A DNA stretch of 64,000 nt, taken from contig CAVUNG010000001.1 of the NCBI GenBank assembly GCA_963742805.1, positions 632,841 through 696,840 of the forward strand. Direction: 5' to 3'. The DNA comes from an uncultured Solirubrobacteraceae bacterium. Lineage in GTDB: Bacteria > Actinomycetota > Thermoleophilia > Solirubrobacterales > Solirubrobacteraceae. The position numbers were made by a program, and so were the translations under genes. Under the pieces are notes generated by a model, which was given only the letters and a program-made list of their open reading frames with translations, did no database searches and was not told the origin of the DNA. This document shows positions 1-8,931 of this stretch, one piece after another (position 1 is the first letter of the stretch; each line of letters begins with the position of its first letter).

Positions 1-433
1 CCAGCTCCGGCTACAACGAGCGCCGCGAGGAGTGCGCCCGGGCGTGCGAGCTGCTCGGCGTCGCCTCGCTGCGCGACATCCGGGCCGAGCAGCTCGCGGA
101 TCTGCCCGAGCCACTCGCGGACCGCGCCCGCCACGTCTCGAAGAGAACGCGCGCGTGCTGGCGGCGACACGCGCGCTGCGCGATGGCGACATGCCCGCGC
201 TCGCCGGCCTGCTGAACGCGTCGCACGCGAGCCTGCGCGACCTCTACGCAGTCTCGACCCCGGCGGTCGAGGCCACGGTCGCGGCGCTGCTCGAGACGGG
301 CGCGGTCGGCGCGCGCCTGATCGGCGGCGGCTTCGGCGGCTCGGTGCTCGCCCTGTTCGAGCCGCAGACGCCGCTTCCCGACGGAGCGGTCGCGGTCGCG
401 CCGGGGCCCGGCGCACACGCCCAGGCCGCCTGA
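1..433 (+). CDS. galK: Galactokinase, C-terminal part (5' truncated by window; apparent 1-nt indel near 137)
   Basis: GYNERREEC...RARHV in one frame continues as EENARV...LNASHASLRDLYAVS...GARLIGGGFGGSV (GHMP kinase C-terminal motif) in another. Confidence 0.85.
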   Translation, partial: QLRLQRAPRGVRPGVRAARRRLAARHPGRAARGSARATRGPRPPRLEENARVLAATRALRDGDMPALAGLLNASHASLRDLYAVSTPAVEATVAALLETGAVGARLIGGGFGGSVLALFEPQTPLPDGAVAVAPGPGAHAQAA

Positions 434-496
434 GCGGGTCCGGCTCCGCGGCGCCGCGCTCGCTGGGGAGCCGCACGACGCGGCAGACGCGCGCGC

Positions 497-1228
497 TCAG
501 AGGCGCGACACCAGCAACGCTGCCGCGAGCAGCACCACGGTCACGGACAGCGTCGCCAGCGCCCGGTCGAGAGGGCCGAGCAGCTGCGGCAGGGTGAGCG
601 GCTCGGAGCTGCCGTCGGCCAGCCTGCGAACGCCCTCGACCGCGACGGTCCGGCGCCGTAGATCGCGGGCGGCCGAGCTGAGATGCCGCTGCGCGAGGCT
701 CATCGCCATGCAGCCGACCGCGACCAGTATCCCCGTGGCGTCGACGCGCAGCGCGCAGACGAAGTAGCCGGTGAAGGCCGGGAAGGCGCCCCACCCCGCG
801 GCGAACCACATGTCGCTGTGGAAGCGGCCGCCCGCGAGCTCCAGGTTGTATGCCGGCAGCAGGAAGGCACCGATGGCGACGAGCGGCGCGAGCCAGACCG
901 AGACCGTCACGATCCCGCCGATGCCGATCCCGATCGCGGCGACCCCGCTCGCGATCGCCGCGACCCGGAGCGCGCGGTCGGAGAACTGCGTCCGCAGCGG
1001 CCGCCCGTGCAGCTCGTCGAGCGCGTGGGCGCACACGCCCACCGCCAGCCCGAACGCGGCCAGGCCCCACAAGAGCCGGTTGACATACACGTGCGGCGCC
1101 AGCGCGGCACCGATCGCGAAGTAGCTCAGGTGCCAGAGCGTGTACGGGGGGTGCAGCAGCGTGAGGGCGTCGGCCAGCCGCCCGCCTCCCACCGCGTAGA
1201 AGGCCGGGCGATGCGGGCGGGCGACCAT
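497..1228 (-). CDS. Polytopic membrane protein, UbiA prenyltransferase-like
   Basis: Multiple TM segments; LHPPYT, HALDELHGRP, PAYNLE motifs loosely resembling the UbiA fold; 4 nt downstream of the methyltransferase. Confidence 0.5.
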   Translation of the reverse strand: MVARPHRPAFYAVGGGRLADALTLLHPPYTLWHLSYFAIGAALAPHVYVNRLLWGLAAFGLAVGVCAHALDELHGRPLRTQFSDRALRVAAIASGVAAIGIGIGGIVTVSVWLAPLVAIGAFLLPAYNLELAGGRFHSDMWFAAGWGAFPAFTGYFVCALRVDATGILVAVGCMAMSLAQRHLSSAARDLRRRTVAVEGVRRLADGSSEPLTLPQLLGPLDRALATLSVTVVLLAAALLVSRL

Positions 1229-1232
1229 CCGC

Positions 1233-1979
1233 TCACGCCCGCCGAGTGGCAGACATCACGATGCCGCCGCCGAAGCTCATGCGGCGCACCCGCACGTCCT
1301 CGAGGCCGGCCGCCCGCCAGTCTTGGGCCAGCGCCTCGAGCGGGTGGGCGCGGTAGAAGCCGCGGATGCTCGGGCCGAGGAACCGGCCGACCCTCCCCCA
1401 CTCGGGTGAGGCCATGCGCCCGAGCGCCGGCAGCCCCACGCCCGTGTAGAGGCGCCAGGCGGCGCGCGCCGGCGCCCATGGCGGCACCCCGAACTCGAGC
1501 GAGGCGACGCGCCCGCCCGGCCGCACCACCCGGGCCAGCTCCGCCATCGTCGCCCGCGGGTCCTCGACGTAGCGCAACAGGTAGGTGAAGCTGAGAGCGT
1601 CGAAGCTCGCGTCGCCGAACGGGAGCTGCTCGGCCTGCGCCTGGCGGAGCTCGACGCGACCCGGCGCCTTGTTCGCGAACCGGGTACGGGCGCGAGAGAG
1701 CATCTCGGCGCTCTGGTCGACGCCGACGACTGTGCAATCCGCTCGGCTCAGCACCTCTGCGGCGACCATCCCGGTCCCGGTGGCGACGTCGAGGATGCGT
1801 TGGCCGGAACGCGGATCGAGCGCGTCGACGAGCGCGCGGCGCCAGCGCGGGTCCTGCCAGAAGCTGAGCGCGGCGGACAGCTCGTCGTAGCGCGAGGGCA
1901 GCCCGCTGAACAGCTCCAGCGCCTCCGCCTTGCGTGGAGACGCCGGGTGCTCCGGTGCGGTGGGTGCCGGCGGGCTCAT
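1233..1979 (-). CDS. SAM-dependent methyltransferase, UbiE/MenG family
   Basis: YDELSAALSFWQDPRWRR, ILDVATGTG, AEQLPFGDASFD, ELARVVRPGG; ATG at 1979. Confidence 0.85.
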   Translation of the reverse strand: MSPPAPTAPEHPASPRKAEALELFSGLPSRYDELSAALSFWQDPRWRRALVDALDPRSGQRILDVATGTGMVAAEVLSRADCTVVGVDQSAEMLSRARTRFANKAPGRVELRQAQAEQLPFGDASFDALSFTYLLRYVEDPRATMAELARVVRPGGRVASLEFGVPPWAPARAAWRLYTGVGLPALGRMASPEWGRVGRFLGPSIRGFYRAHPLEALAQDWRAAGLEDVRVRRMSFGGGIVMSATRRA

Positions 1980-2050
1980 CGGTGCGCGATCTGAAAGGCT
2001 AGCCCGAGACGCCCGCCAGGGCACCCGATCGCGAGCCAAGCGAGGAGCAG

Positions 2051-3001
2051 ATGCCAGCCGACCCCAGCCACGGTCCTTCGCCGGTGATCCTCATCACGGG
2101 CGCCTCCAGCGGCATCGGCGAGGCGACGGCGCGCCTGCTGGCGCGGGAGCCGGGCGCGGCGATCGTGCTCGTCGCCAGGCGCCAGGAGCGCCTGGCACCG
2201 CTGGCCGAGGAGCTCCCCGCTCCGGCGAGCTTCATCGCGGTGGACCTGCTCGACGCCGACGCGCCGCGCAAGGTTCGCGAACACGTCGAGGCTCGGCACG
2301 GCCGCCTCGACCTCCTCGTCAACAACGCCGGCGCGGCGTGGCGCGCGCGCTTTGCCGAGGGCGGCTACGAGAACGTGCGGCGAACGATGGCGATCAACTT
2401 CGACGCGCAGCTGCGGCTCACGGAGGAGCTGCTGCCGCTCCTGCGCAGCAGCGCCCCGTCGGCGATCGTGAACGTCGCCTCGACCGCCGCGCGAGTGGCA
2501 CGCGCCGGTACCGGCGCCTACAGCGCATCCAAGTTCGCGCTCGCGGGGTGGTCGGACTCCCTCACCGCGGAGGAGCGCGAGCACGGCGTCCACGTCGGGC
2601 TGGTGCTGCCGGGCTTCATCGCCACCGAGGGCTTTCCCCAGTCGGAGCTCATCGAGAACCCGCTGACACGCCGTCTGGTCTCGACACCGGAGCGCGCGGC
2701 CGAAGCGATCCGCGAAGCGGGGCTCGGCCGGCGCGCCGAACGCTACGTTCCGCGGCCCTACTGGCTCGCGGCGGCACTGCGGATCCTCGCCCCCTCGCTG
2801 GTGCGCCGAGCCGTCGGCGGGCGCGGCGCGGCGATGATGACGACGACGACCGGCGGTGACCTGGCCGAGCGCGAGCAGGGGCAGGCGCCGCCGGCCGCGC
2901 CCCTCGCCTCGCCTCCCGAGGCTGCGCCGTTCGACTCGTCGCCGGGGGGGCGCTCGCCCCTGCCGCCCGCAGACCGCCGCCCGCCCGAGGAGACCAGCTG
3001 A
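2051..3001 (+). CDS. Short-chain dehydrogenase/reductase
   Basis: ITGASSGIG, NNAG, YSASK motifs. Confidence 0.92.
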   Translation: MPADPSHGPSPVILITGASSGIGEATARLLAREPGAAIVLVARRQERLAPLAEELPAPASFIAVDLLDADAPRKVREHVEARHGRLDLLVNNAGAAWRARFAEGGYENVRRTMAINFDAQLRLTEELLPLLRSSAPSAIVNVASTAARVARAGTGAYSASKFALAGWSDSLTAEEREHGVHVGLVLPGFIATEGFPQSELIENPLTRRLVSTPERAAEAIREAGLGRRAERYVPRPYWLAAALRILAPSLVRRAVGGRGAAMMTTTTGGDLAEREQGQAPPAAPLASPPEAAPFDSSPGGRSPLPPADRRPPEETS

Positions 3002-3036
3002 GCGTCCCCGCGCCGCGGCGCCGGTAGCGGAGTCCC

Positions 3037-4368
3037 GTGCGCCGCGCGCTCTTCCTCTTCACCTGCGACCTGCGCGTCCGCGACAACCCGGCACTGGCCG
3101 CTGCGCTCGCCGAGCAGGAGCAGGTGGTGCCGGCGTTCGTGCTCGACGAGCGGCTGCTCGCCGGCAGCTGCGGCGCGCCGAACCGGGTCGCGTTCCTGCG
3201 CGACTGCCTCCACGACCTCGACGGATCGCTACGAGCACGCGGCGCCGGCTTGCTCGTGAGGCGCGGCGACGTGGTCGAGCAGGCGCTCGCGCTGGTCCGC
3301 CGGTTCGGCGCCCAGACGATCTACATGAGCGCGGACACCACCCCGTACGCGCGCGAGAGGCACGCGCGCCTGGCGCGCGCATGCGGCGAGCAGCGGGTCG
3401 AGCTCGTCGCGCTCGGCAGCTCCTCCGCGGTGGAGCCGGGCGCCGTCCTGCCCGCAGGAGGCGGGCACTACCGCGTCTTCACGCCCTACTGGCGAGGATG
3501 GAGAGCGCTGCCCCGCTCCCCTGCCGCGGCGACGCCGCGGCGCATCGCCGCGCCGGATGGTCTGCCCGCGATGCGGCTGCGGGCTCTGCCCTCCTCGCGC
3601 CACGCCTCGCGCGAGCTCCCGCGTGGCGGTGAGACCGCCGGCCGCGAACGCCTCACGCGCTTCCTCGCCCGCCATCTCGAAGGCTATGACGAGCGGCACG
3701 ACGATCTTGCCGGCGACGCGACCTCGCGGCTCAGCCCCTATCTGCACTTCGGCTGCCTGTCGGCAGGCACGGTGCTCGCGCGCGCCGAGGGCCGCAGCGG
3801 CGCCGAGGAGTTCGCGCGCCAGCTCTGCTGGCGCGACTTCCACCGCCAGGTGCTCGCCGACCGGCCCGAGCTGGCGCACGCCGATTACCGCCCGCGCGCA
3901 GGAGCGTGGCGTCGCGACCCGGACGCCCTGGCTGCGTGGCGCGAGGCCCGCACCGGCTACCCCCTCGTCGACGCCGGCATGCGCCAGCTCGCGCGCGAGG
4001 GATGGATGCACAACCGAGCGCGTCTGATCGTCGCCTCGCTGCTCACCAAGACCCTGCGCATCCACTGGCGCTCGGGCGCGGCGCACTTCGCCGGGCTGCT
4101 CTGCGACGCCGACGTCGCCGACAACGCAGGCAACTGGCAATGGGTCGCGGGGACCGGCAACGACACCCGCCCGAACCGCGTCCTCAACCCGCTGCGCCAG
4201 GCCCGCCGCTTCGACTCCGACGGCGCCTATGTCCGCCGCTACGTCCCTGAGTTGGCCGGGCTCGCCGGCGCCGAAGTGCACGAGCCGTGGCGGCTGCCCG
4301 CCGCGCAACGCAGACGGTTGCGCTACCCGCCCCCGATCGTCGATCCGGCGAGGTTCGGGCGCGGCTAG
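3037..4368 (+). CDS. phrB: Deoxyribodipyrimidine photolyase
   Basis: DLRVRDNPAL, TSRLSPYLHFG, TGYPLVDAGMRQL..EGWMHNRAR, NAGNWQW. Confidence 0.93.
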   Translation: MRRALFLFTCDLRVRDNPALAAALAEQEQVVPAFVLDERLLAGSCGAPNRVAFLRDCLHDLDGSLRARGAGLLVRRGDVVEQALALVRRFGAQTIYMSADTTPYARERHARLARACGEQRVELVALGSSSAVEPGAVLPAGGGHYRVFTPYWRGWRALPRSPAAATPRRIAAPDGLPAMRLRALPSSRHASRELPRGGETAGRERLTRFLARHLEGYDERHDDLAGDATSRLSPYLHFGCLSAGTVLARAEGRSGAEEFARQLCWRDFHRQVLADRPELAHADYRPRAGAWRRDPDALAAWREARTGYPLVDAGMRQLAREGWMHNRARLIVASLLTKTLRIHWRSGAAHFAGLLCDADVADNAGNWQWVAGTGNDTRPNRVLNPLRQARRFDSDGAYVRRYVPELAGLAGAEVHEPWRLPAAQRRRLRYPPPIVDPARFGRG

Positions 4369-4379
4369 GCTGGAGCGGG

Positions 4380-4628
4380 ATGGAGCGACGGTCGACCCCC
4401 CCAACTGCCACGGGCGAGCCGATCGCGATCGCGGGCGAGACCATCAGGCTCGGGCAGCTGCTGAAGCTCGCGGGTGTCGTCGACAGCGGCGGCGATGCGC
4501 GCGCGCTGCTGTCCGCCGAACCGGTGATCGTCAACGGCGAGGCCGAGACGCGGCGCGGGCGTCAGCTCCATCCCGGCGACTCCGTCCTCGCTGCGGGGCG
4601 GGCGTTGACGGTGACGCGCGCGCCCTAG
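4380..4628 (+). CDS. S4-like RNA-binding protein (YaaA/YbcJ family)
   Basis: IRLGQLLKLAGVVDSGG...VNGEAETRRGRQLHPGD. Confidence 0.85.
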   Translation: MERRSTPPTATGEPIAIAGETIRLGQLLKLAGVVDSGGDARALLSAEPVIVNGEAETRRGRQLHPGDSVLAAGRALTVTRAP

Positions 4629-5338
4629 CCCAGGCGCGCGACGATCACCGGCGCGCTGGTCGGCCTGGAGCTGCCGCCGAGCGGCTCGGAGGTGACCATC
4701 ACGGCCCCGGCGCCGTTGAGCGAGCCCGGCACCCCGACGGCGGCCCGGCCCGACGAGCTGACCGTGAACAGCGCGTCGGTCGGGCGCGCGGCGCCTTCGC
4801 GTTCCACCCAGACCTCATAGATGTGGCCGCGCGGCGCCTGCGGCATGCCGGCGATCCGGAGCACGCCATGCCCTTCGCTCAGGTGCAGGACGGCGTGCGC
4901 GCCCGGGACGCTCGCCCGCGCGGAGATCGCGCGGTTCACCACCGGCCCGCTCGCGGCGAACGCGAGCGCCACGGCGGCGGAGACGGCGGCGATCGCGACG
5001 CCGGCCGCCGCGAGGCGCCACGGTCGCCACTCCCGCCGGCGCCGCCGCCCGGGATCGACCGTGCCGCGGGCCCTGCTCGCACCCTGGAGCTCGGCCTCCG
5101 CACGGACGGTCGAGAGCACCCTCCCGCGCAGCTCCGCGGGGGCATTTCGCTGCTCCACGGCGGCGGGGAGCGCTTCGACGACGGGCTGAAGCGCCGCCAG
5201 CTCCTCGCGGCAGCGCACACACGTGCGCAGGTGCTCGGCGAAGGCGTGCGCCTCCTGCTCCTCGAGCGCGCCCAGCGCGTAGACGGCGGCCTCCTCAGGG
5301 CGCCCTGCGCAGCCACCGTGCTGCTCATCGGTGCTCAT
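4625..5338 (-). CDS. rskA: Anti-sigma factor RskA-like with N-terminal zinc-binding motif
   Basis: YALGALE, HLRTCVRC, one TM, C-terminal YEVW...VTSEPLGGS..PT; overlaps the sigma gene stop. Confidence 0.85.
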   Translation of the reverse strand: MSTDEQHGGCAGRPEEAAVYALGALEEQEAHAFAEHLRTCVRCREELAALQPVVEALPAAVEQRNAPAELRGRVLSTVRAEAELQGASRARGTVDPGRRRRREWRPWRLAAAGVAIAAVSAAVALAFAASGPVVNRAISARASVPGAHAVLHLSEGHGVLRIAGMPQAPRGHIYEVWVEREGAARPTDALFTVSSSGRAAVGVPGSLNGAGAVMVTSEPLGGSSRPTSAPVIVARLG

Positions 5339-5949
5339 CCGATCACCTCCCCTGGTTCGCCGAGCGCGAGACGCATCTTCTCCAGCCCCAGCCGCATCCT
5401 GCCCTTCACGGTGCCGATCGGCGTATCCAACATCGAAGCGATCTCGACATGTGTCAGGCCACCGAAGTAGGCCAGCTCGATCACGTGGCTCTGCTCCCGC
5501 GGCAGCTGCTGCAGAGCCTCGCGGATCTCACGCGCCTCGTCGCGGCGGGCGAACTCCAGCTCGGTGCGCTCGCGGGCAGGGAGGCGCTCCTCGATCCCGT
5601 CGTCCGCAACCACGCTGCGGTCCCGCACCGCGCGCCTGCGAAGGGCGTCGATGGCCCTGTTGTGCACGATGCCGAGGGTCCACGTCCGCACGCTGCCGCG
5701 GTTGCGGTCGTAGCGGGCGCCGCTGCGCCACACCGAGAGGAACGCCTCCTGCACGACGTCTTCGGCCAGCGAGCGCTGCCCGCACATACGCACGGCAAGC
5801 GAGTACGCGGCATCGGCGTGGCGGTCGTAGACGACCTCGAACGCCGCGGCGTTCCCCCGGTAGACGAGCTGCATCAGCTCCTCGTCGGCGAGGACGCCGA
5901 GGTGTGGGGCGGAGCGCTCGCCGCCGGCTGAACGCAGGGGATTGAACAT
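5335..5949 (-). CDS. sigK: ECF sigma factor, SigK-like
   Basis: AEDVVQEAFL, HNRAIDALRR, LAYFGGLTHVEIA, GTVKGRMRLGL; coupled to rskA. Confidence 0.85.
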   Translation of the reverse strand: MFNPLRSAGGERSAPHLGVLADEELMQLVYRGNAAAFEVVYDRHADAAYSLAVRMCGQRSLAEDVVQEAFLSVWRSGARYDRNRGSVRTWTLGIVHNRAIDALRRRAVRDRSVVADDGIEERLPARERTELEFARRDEAREIREALQQLPREQSHVIELAYFGGLTHVEIASMLDTPIGTVKGRMRLGLEKMRLALGEPGEVIG

Positions 5950-5951
5950 CG

Positions 5952-6179
5952 CTAGGCGGCCAGCTGCTCCTGCTCCTGCTGCTCGGGCGCCGGAAGCGGA
6001 CCGGGTGAGATCGTATGCGCCGGCGATGCAGCCTCGCGCGAGTCGGGATTCAGCGCGTCCTTGAAGCCGCGCATCCCGGACCCCAGCGAGCGGCCCATCT
6101 CCGGCAGGCGCTTGGCGCCGAAGACCATCAACGCGACGATCAGAAGAAATGCGATGTGAAGCGGGTTGTCGAGACCCAT
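5952..6179 (-). CDS. tatA: Twin-arginine translocase TatA/E subunit
   Basis: TM then VFGAKRLPEMGRSLGSGMRGFK; GGAGG RBS upstream. Confidence 0.92.
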   Translation of the reverse strand: MGLDNPLHIAFLLIVALMVFGAKRLPEMGRSLGSGMRGFKDALNPDSREAASPAHTISPGPLPAPEQQEQEQLAA

Positions 6180-6224
6180 GGCGGGTGTCCTCCTCGAGGT
6201 CCGGAAACGGCAGTTGCCTGTGTG

Positions 6225-6250
6225 TGCGCAGCGGACCGGCGCACGGATCA
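6225..6250 (-). promoter_or_regulatory. Possible SigK-type ECF promoter (TGATCC-N16-CGCA)
   Basis: Loosely resembles the mycobacterial SigK consensus; lies upstream of tatA-sigK-rskA. Confidence 0.3.
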
Positions 6251-6268
6251 CTTGGAGCCTCCGGGCTC

Positions 6269-6868
6269 TCAGCGCGGATCGCGCCACATCTTCCACATCG
6301 AGGGGCCGCGCACGAGCCGGACCTCCTCGGTGACACGGAAGCCGTGCCGTGCGTAGAAGGCGATGTTGCTCTGCTTCGATGACTCGAGGAACGCGCCGAC
6401 GCCGTCGCGGTCGCACTGCTCGAGTACACCCTGCAGGACGGTCGAGCCGAGGCCGCGCCCCTGGGCGGACGGGTCTGTCCCGAGCACCGCCAGGTAGTAG
6501 TGCGGCTCCCGCGGGTGACCGCGCTCGAGTTTTTCCCAGCCCAGCGTGACCAACGGCAGCCTGCCGATCAGGCGTGCGCGCGTGAAGCACGGCACGAGCG
6601 CGAGGGTTTCCTTCACGCTTGCTTTCCAGTGCCCCGGCGGAGCCCACAGGGCAGCGCAGCCCGTGCTCTCGTCCGTCCAGACCTCCTCGTGCGGCAGCAG
6701 CTGACGCATACGCGTGCCCTGGAAGCGCTCGAGGGCGGCGAGACGCAGGCCGTCGGCGCGCCAGGCCCAGCTCGCGACGGGATCGTCGAAGAAGGCCCGC
6801 GCGAGCACACCGGCAAGGACCGGGATGTCCTTCTCGGTGGCACGACGGATGGCCGGCGGCGAGGCCAT
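6269..6868 (-). CDS. GNAT N-acetyltransferase
   Basis: HYYLAVLGTDPSAQGRGLG, FLESS, NIAFYARHGF. Confidence 0.9.
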   Translation of the reverse strand: MASPPAIRRATEKDIPVLAGVLARAFFDDPVASWAWRADGLRLAALERFQGTRMRQLLPHEEVWTDESTGCAALWAPPGHWKASVKETLALVPCFTRARLIGRLPLVTLGWEKLERGHPREPHYYLAVLGTDPSAQGRGLGSTVLQGVLEQCDRDGVGAFLESSKQSNIAFYARHGFRVTEEVRLVRGPSMWKMWRDPR

Positions 6869-6890
6869 CGATTGAAGATATACAGGGAGC

Positions 6891-7955
6891 TCAGCCGGGC
6901 GCGGCGCGCGCTTCGTCGGCGGCGGAGAGCGCGGTCGCGGCTGCGAGCCCCCACGCCTCGGCGATCAGCTCGTAGCTGCGCCTGCGGTCCTCGTGGTCGT
7001 AGGTGATGTTGACCGCGATCACCTCCTCGGCGCCGTACTCCGCGGCGACGGCGCGCAGCTCCTCGGCGACCTCCTCGCCGCTTCCGAGGACGTTCCGCCG
7101 CCGCGTCCCCGGCGATGGCTCGTCGGGCAGCGAGGCCAGGAAATGCTCGGCGCGCTCGGGCGGCGGGACCGCGATCGGCCGGCCCTGGCGCAGCAGGTGG
7201 AAGGTCATGCGCCCGCTCGCCGCGATGCGGCGCGCGGCCGCCTCGTCCTCCGCGGCGATCGCCCAGACGGCCACCGCAACCCGGGGTCGCTTGTCCTCGT
7301 GTTCATGCTCGGCGAAGCGCTCGCGGTAGAGGCGAGCAGCCTCCGCGCCGCCTGAGTTGATGAAGTCGGCGAAGGCGTACGGCAGACCCAGCTCCGCAGC
7401 CCAGATGGCGCTCTGCAGCGAGGAGCCGAGCAGCCACACCTCGGGCGTCTCCGGGCGGCCGGGAAGGGTCGCGGCGAGCCGCGCGAAAGGGTGGTCCGGG
7501 GGCAGCCGGCCCTCGAGGTGGCCCAACAGCTCGGCGAGCTGCTGCGGGAAGTCGTCGGGCGCCGCCTCGCGACGATCGCGCTGCAGCGCGAAGGTCGTCA
7601 TCGGATCCGTGCCCGCGGCACGGCCGATCCCGAGGTCGATCCGGCCGGGGAAGAGCCCGGCGAGCAGGCTGAACGTCTCAGCGACCTTGAACGGGCTGTA
7701 GTGGGGCAGCATCACGCCGCCGCTGCCCACGCGGATGCGCTCCGTCGCCGCCGCAACCGGACCGATCAGCGCCTCGGGGCTGGGACCCGCGAGCATCGGG
7801 CCGCCGTGGTGCTCGGCGAGCCAGTAGCGGTGATAGCCGAGCCGGTCCCCGAGCTGTGCCAGGTCGATGGTGTTGAGCAGCGCCTGCGACGCCGTCGAGC
7901 CCTCGGAGACGGGAGACTGATCGAGGATCGAAAGTCGCAGGGACGCGGCGCTCAC
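6891..7955 (-). CDS. Luciferase-like (LLM class) flavin-dependent oxidoreductase
   Basis: LSILDQSPV, YWLAEHH, IRVGSGGVMLPHYSPFKVAE; GTG start at 7955. Confidence 0.92.
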   Translation of the reverse strand: MSAASLRLSILDQSPVSEGSTASQALLNTIDLAQLGDRLGYHRYWLAEHHGGPMLAGPSPEALIGPVAAATERIRVGSGGVMLPHYSPFKVAETFSLLAGLFPGRIDLGIGRAAGTDPMTTFALQRDRREAAPDDFPQQLAELLGHLEGRLPPDHPFARLAATLPGRPETPEVWLLGSSLQSAIWAAELGLPYAFADFINSGGAEAARLYRERFAEHEHEDKRPRVAVAVWAIAAEDEAAARRIAASGRMTFHLLRQGRPIAVPPPERAEHFLASLPDEPSPGTRRRNVLGSGEEVAEELRAVAAEYGAEEVIAVNITYDHEDRRRSYELIAEAWGLAAATALSAADEARAAPG

Positions 7956-8051
7956 GTCACCACAGTAGGAGAAAGCGCCCGGCGCCCCGTGAGTTGGCAG
8001 AGCCGCCGCATAGGCTAGGGTTCGCCGCCGACCCTCGGGGAGAGGAACGAT

Positions 8052-8516
8052 TTGGAACCAACGCTCTTTCGCGACCGCTCGCGTCCGGTGCAGGTCGTAC
8101 TGGGTGGGCTCATTCCGGCCGCCCTCGGCGCGCTTGCCGGTGTGCTGCTCGGCGTCTCGGCCGGCGCGTACTGGGCGATCGGCGCAGTCGCGGCGGTCGG
8201 CGGCTTCCTGTCGGGGTTCGAGCACCAGGACGGTTGGGGCGGCGCTGACCGCGGCTTGGTCGCCGGCTTCATCTACGGCGTCGCGCTGCTCGTGGCGCAC
8301 GCGATCGCCGGCACCGACGCGAAGGTCTCGCTGGGCAAATTCCCGCCGCTGCTCGCGGTGATCACGGCGATCTTCGGCATGCTGCTCACAGCAGCCGGCG
8401 GGCGGCTCGCCCGCTACCAGCGCGAGCGGGCTGCCGCGCGCGGAGAGGTTTCCCCGGCCGCACCCGAGGCGGAGCCTCCGCCCGCGGACCGGCCCGCAGG
8501 ACCCGTCACGCGATAA
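8052..8516 (+). CDS. Hypothetical membrane protein (~4 TM)
   Basis: Hydrophobic ORF with coding-like codon bias. Confidence 0.65.
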   Translation: MEPTLFRDRSRPVQVVLGGLIPAALGALAGVLLGVSAGAYWAIGAVAAVGGFLSGFEHQDGWGGADRGLVAGFIYGVALLVAHAIAGTDAKVSLGKFPPLLAVITAIFGMLLTAAGGRLARYQRERAAARGEVSPAAPEAEPPPADRPAGPVTR

Positions 8517-8533
8517 CCGATCGAGGAGGGCAA

Positions 8534-8872
8534 GTGAGCGCGGAGGAGACGGCACCCGATTACCACCTGCTGCTGGACGGCGACGAGGTGCCGGTCGCAG
8601 CCAGCGCGCTGCGCCTTTACATCAGCGACGAGGCTCACCAACCGGAGATCCAGGCGCTCGGCCGTCAGGCGCTCGCGGGCCTTGAGGGCGAGCCCGACGA
8701 GTTCGGGGTGCTGAGCCTGCCGCTGAGCGCGAAGGAGATGAAGATCGTGTTCTTCGCGGTGCGACTGCTGATCAACGACCTGCAGCGCGAGCAGGCCGGC
8801 GAGCGCGAGATCCTCTGGCGGATCATCGGGAAGCTGCCGGATGAGCACGTGATGCGCGCAATCGAGCTGTAA
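8534..8872 (+). CDS. Hypothetical protein
   Basis: GAGGAGG RBS, GTG start, coding-like composition. Confidence 0.75.
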   Translation: MSAEETAPDYHLLLDGDEVPVAASALRLYISDEAHQPEIQALGRQALAGLEGEPDEFGVLSLPLSAKEMKIVFFAVRLLINDLQREQAGEREILWRIIGKLPDEHVMRAIEL

Positions 8873-8931
8873 GCCGAACCCGGCTCGCCCGACGGCTGAG
8901 CGCCGCCCGGGATACCATCGCGCGGGGAGCG

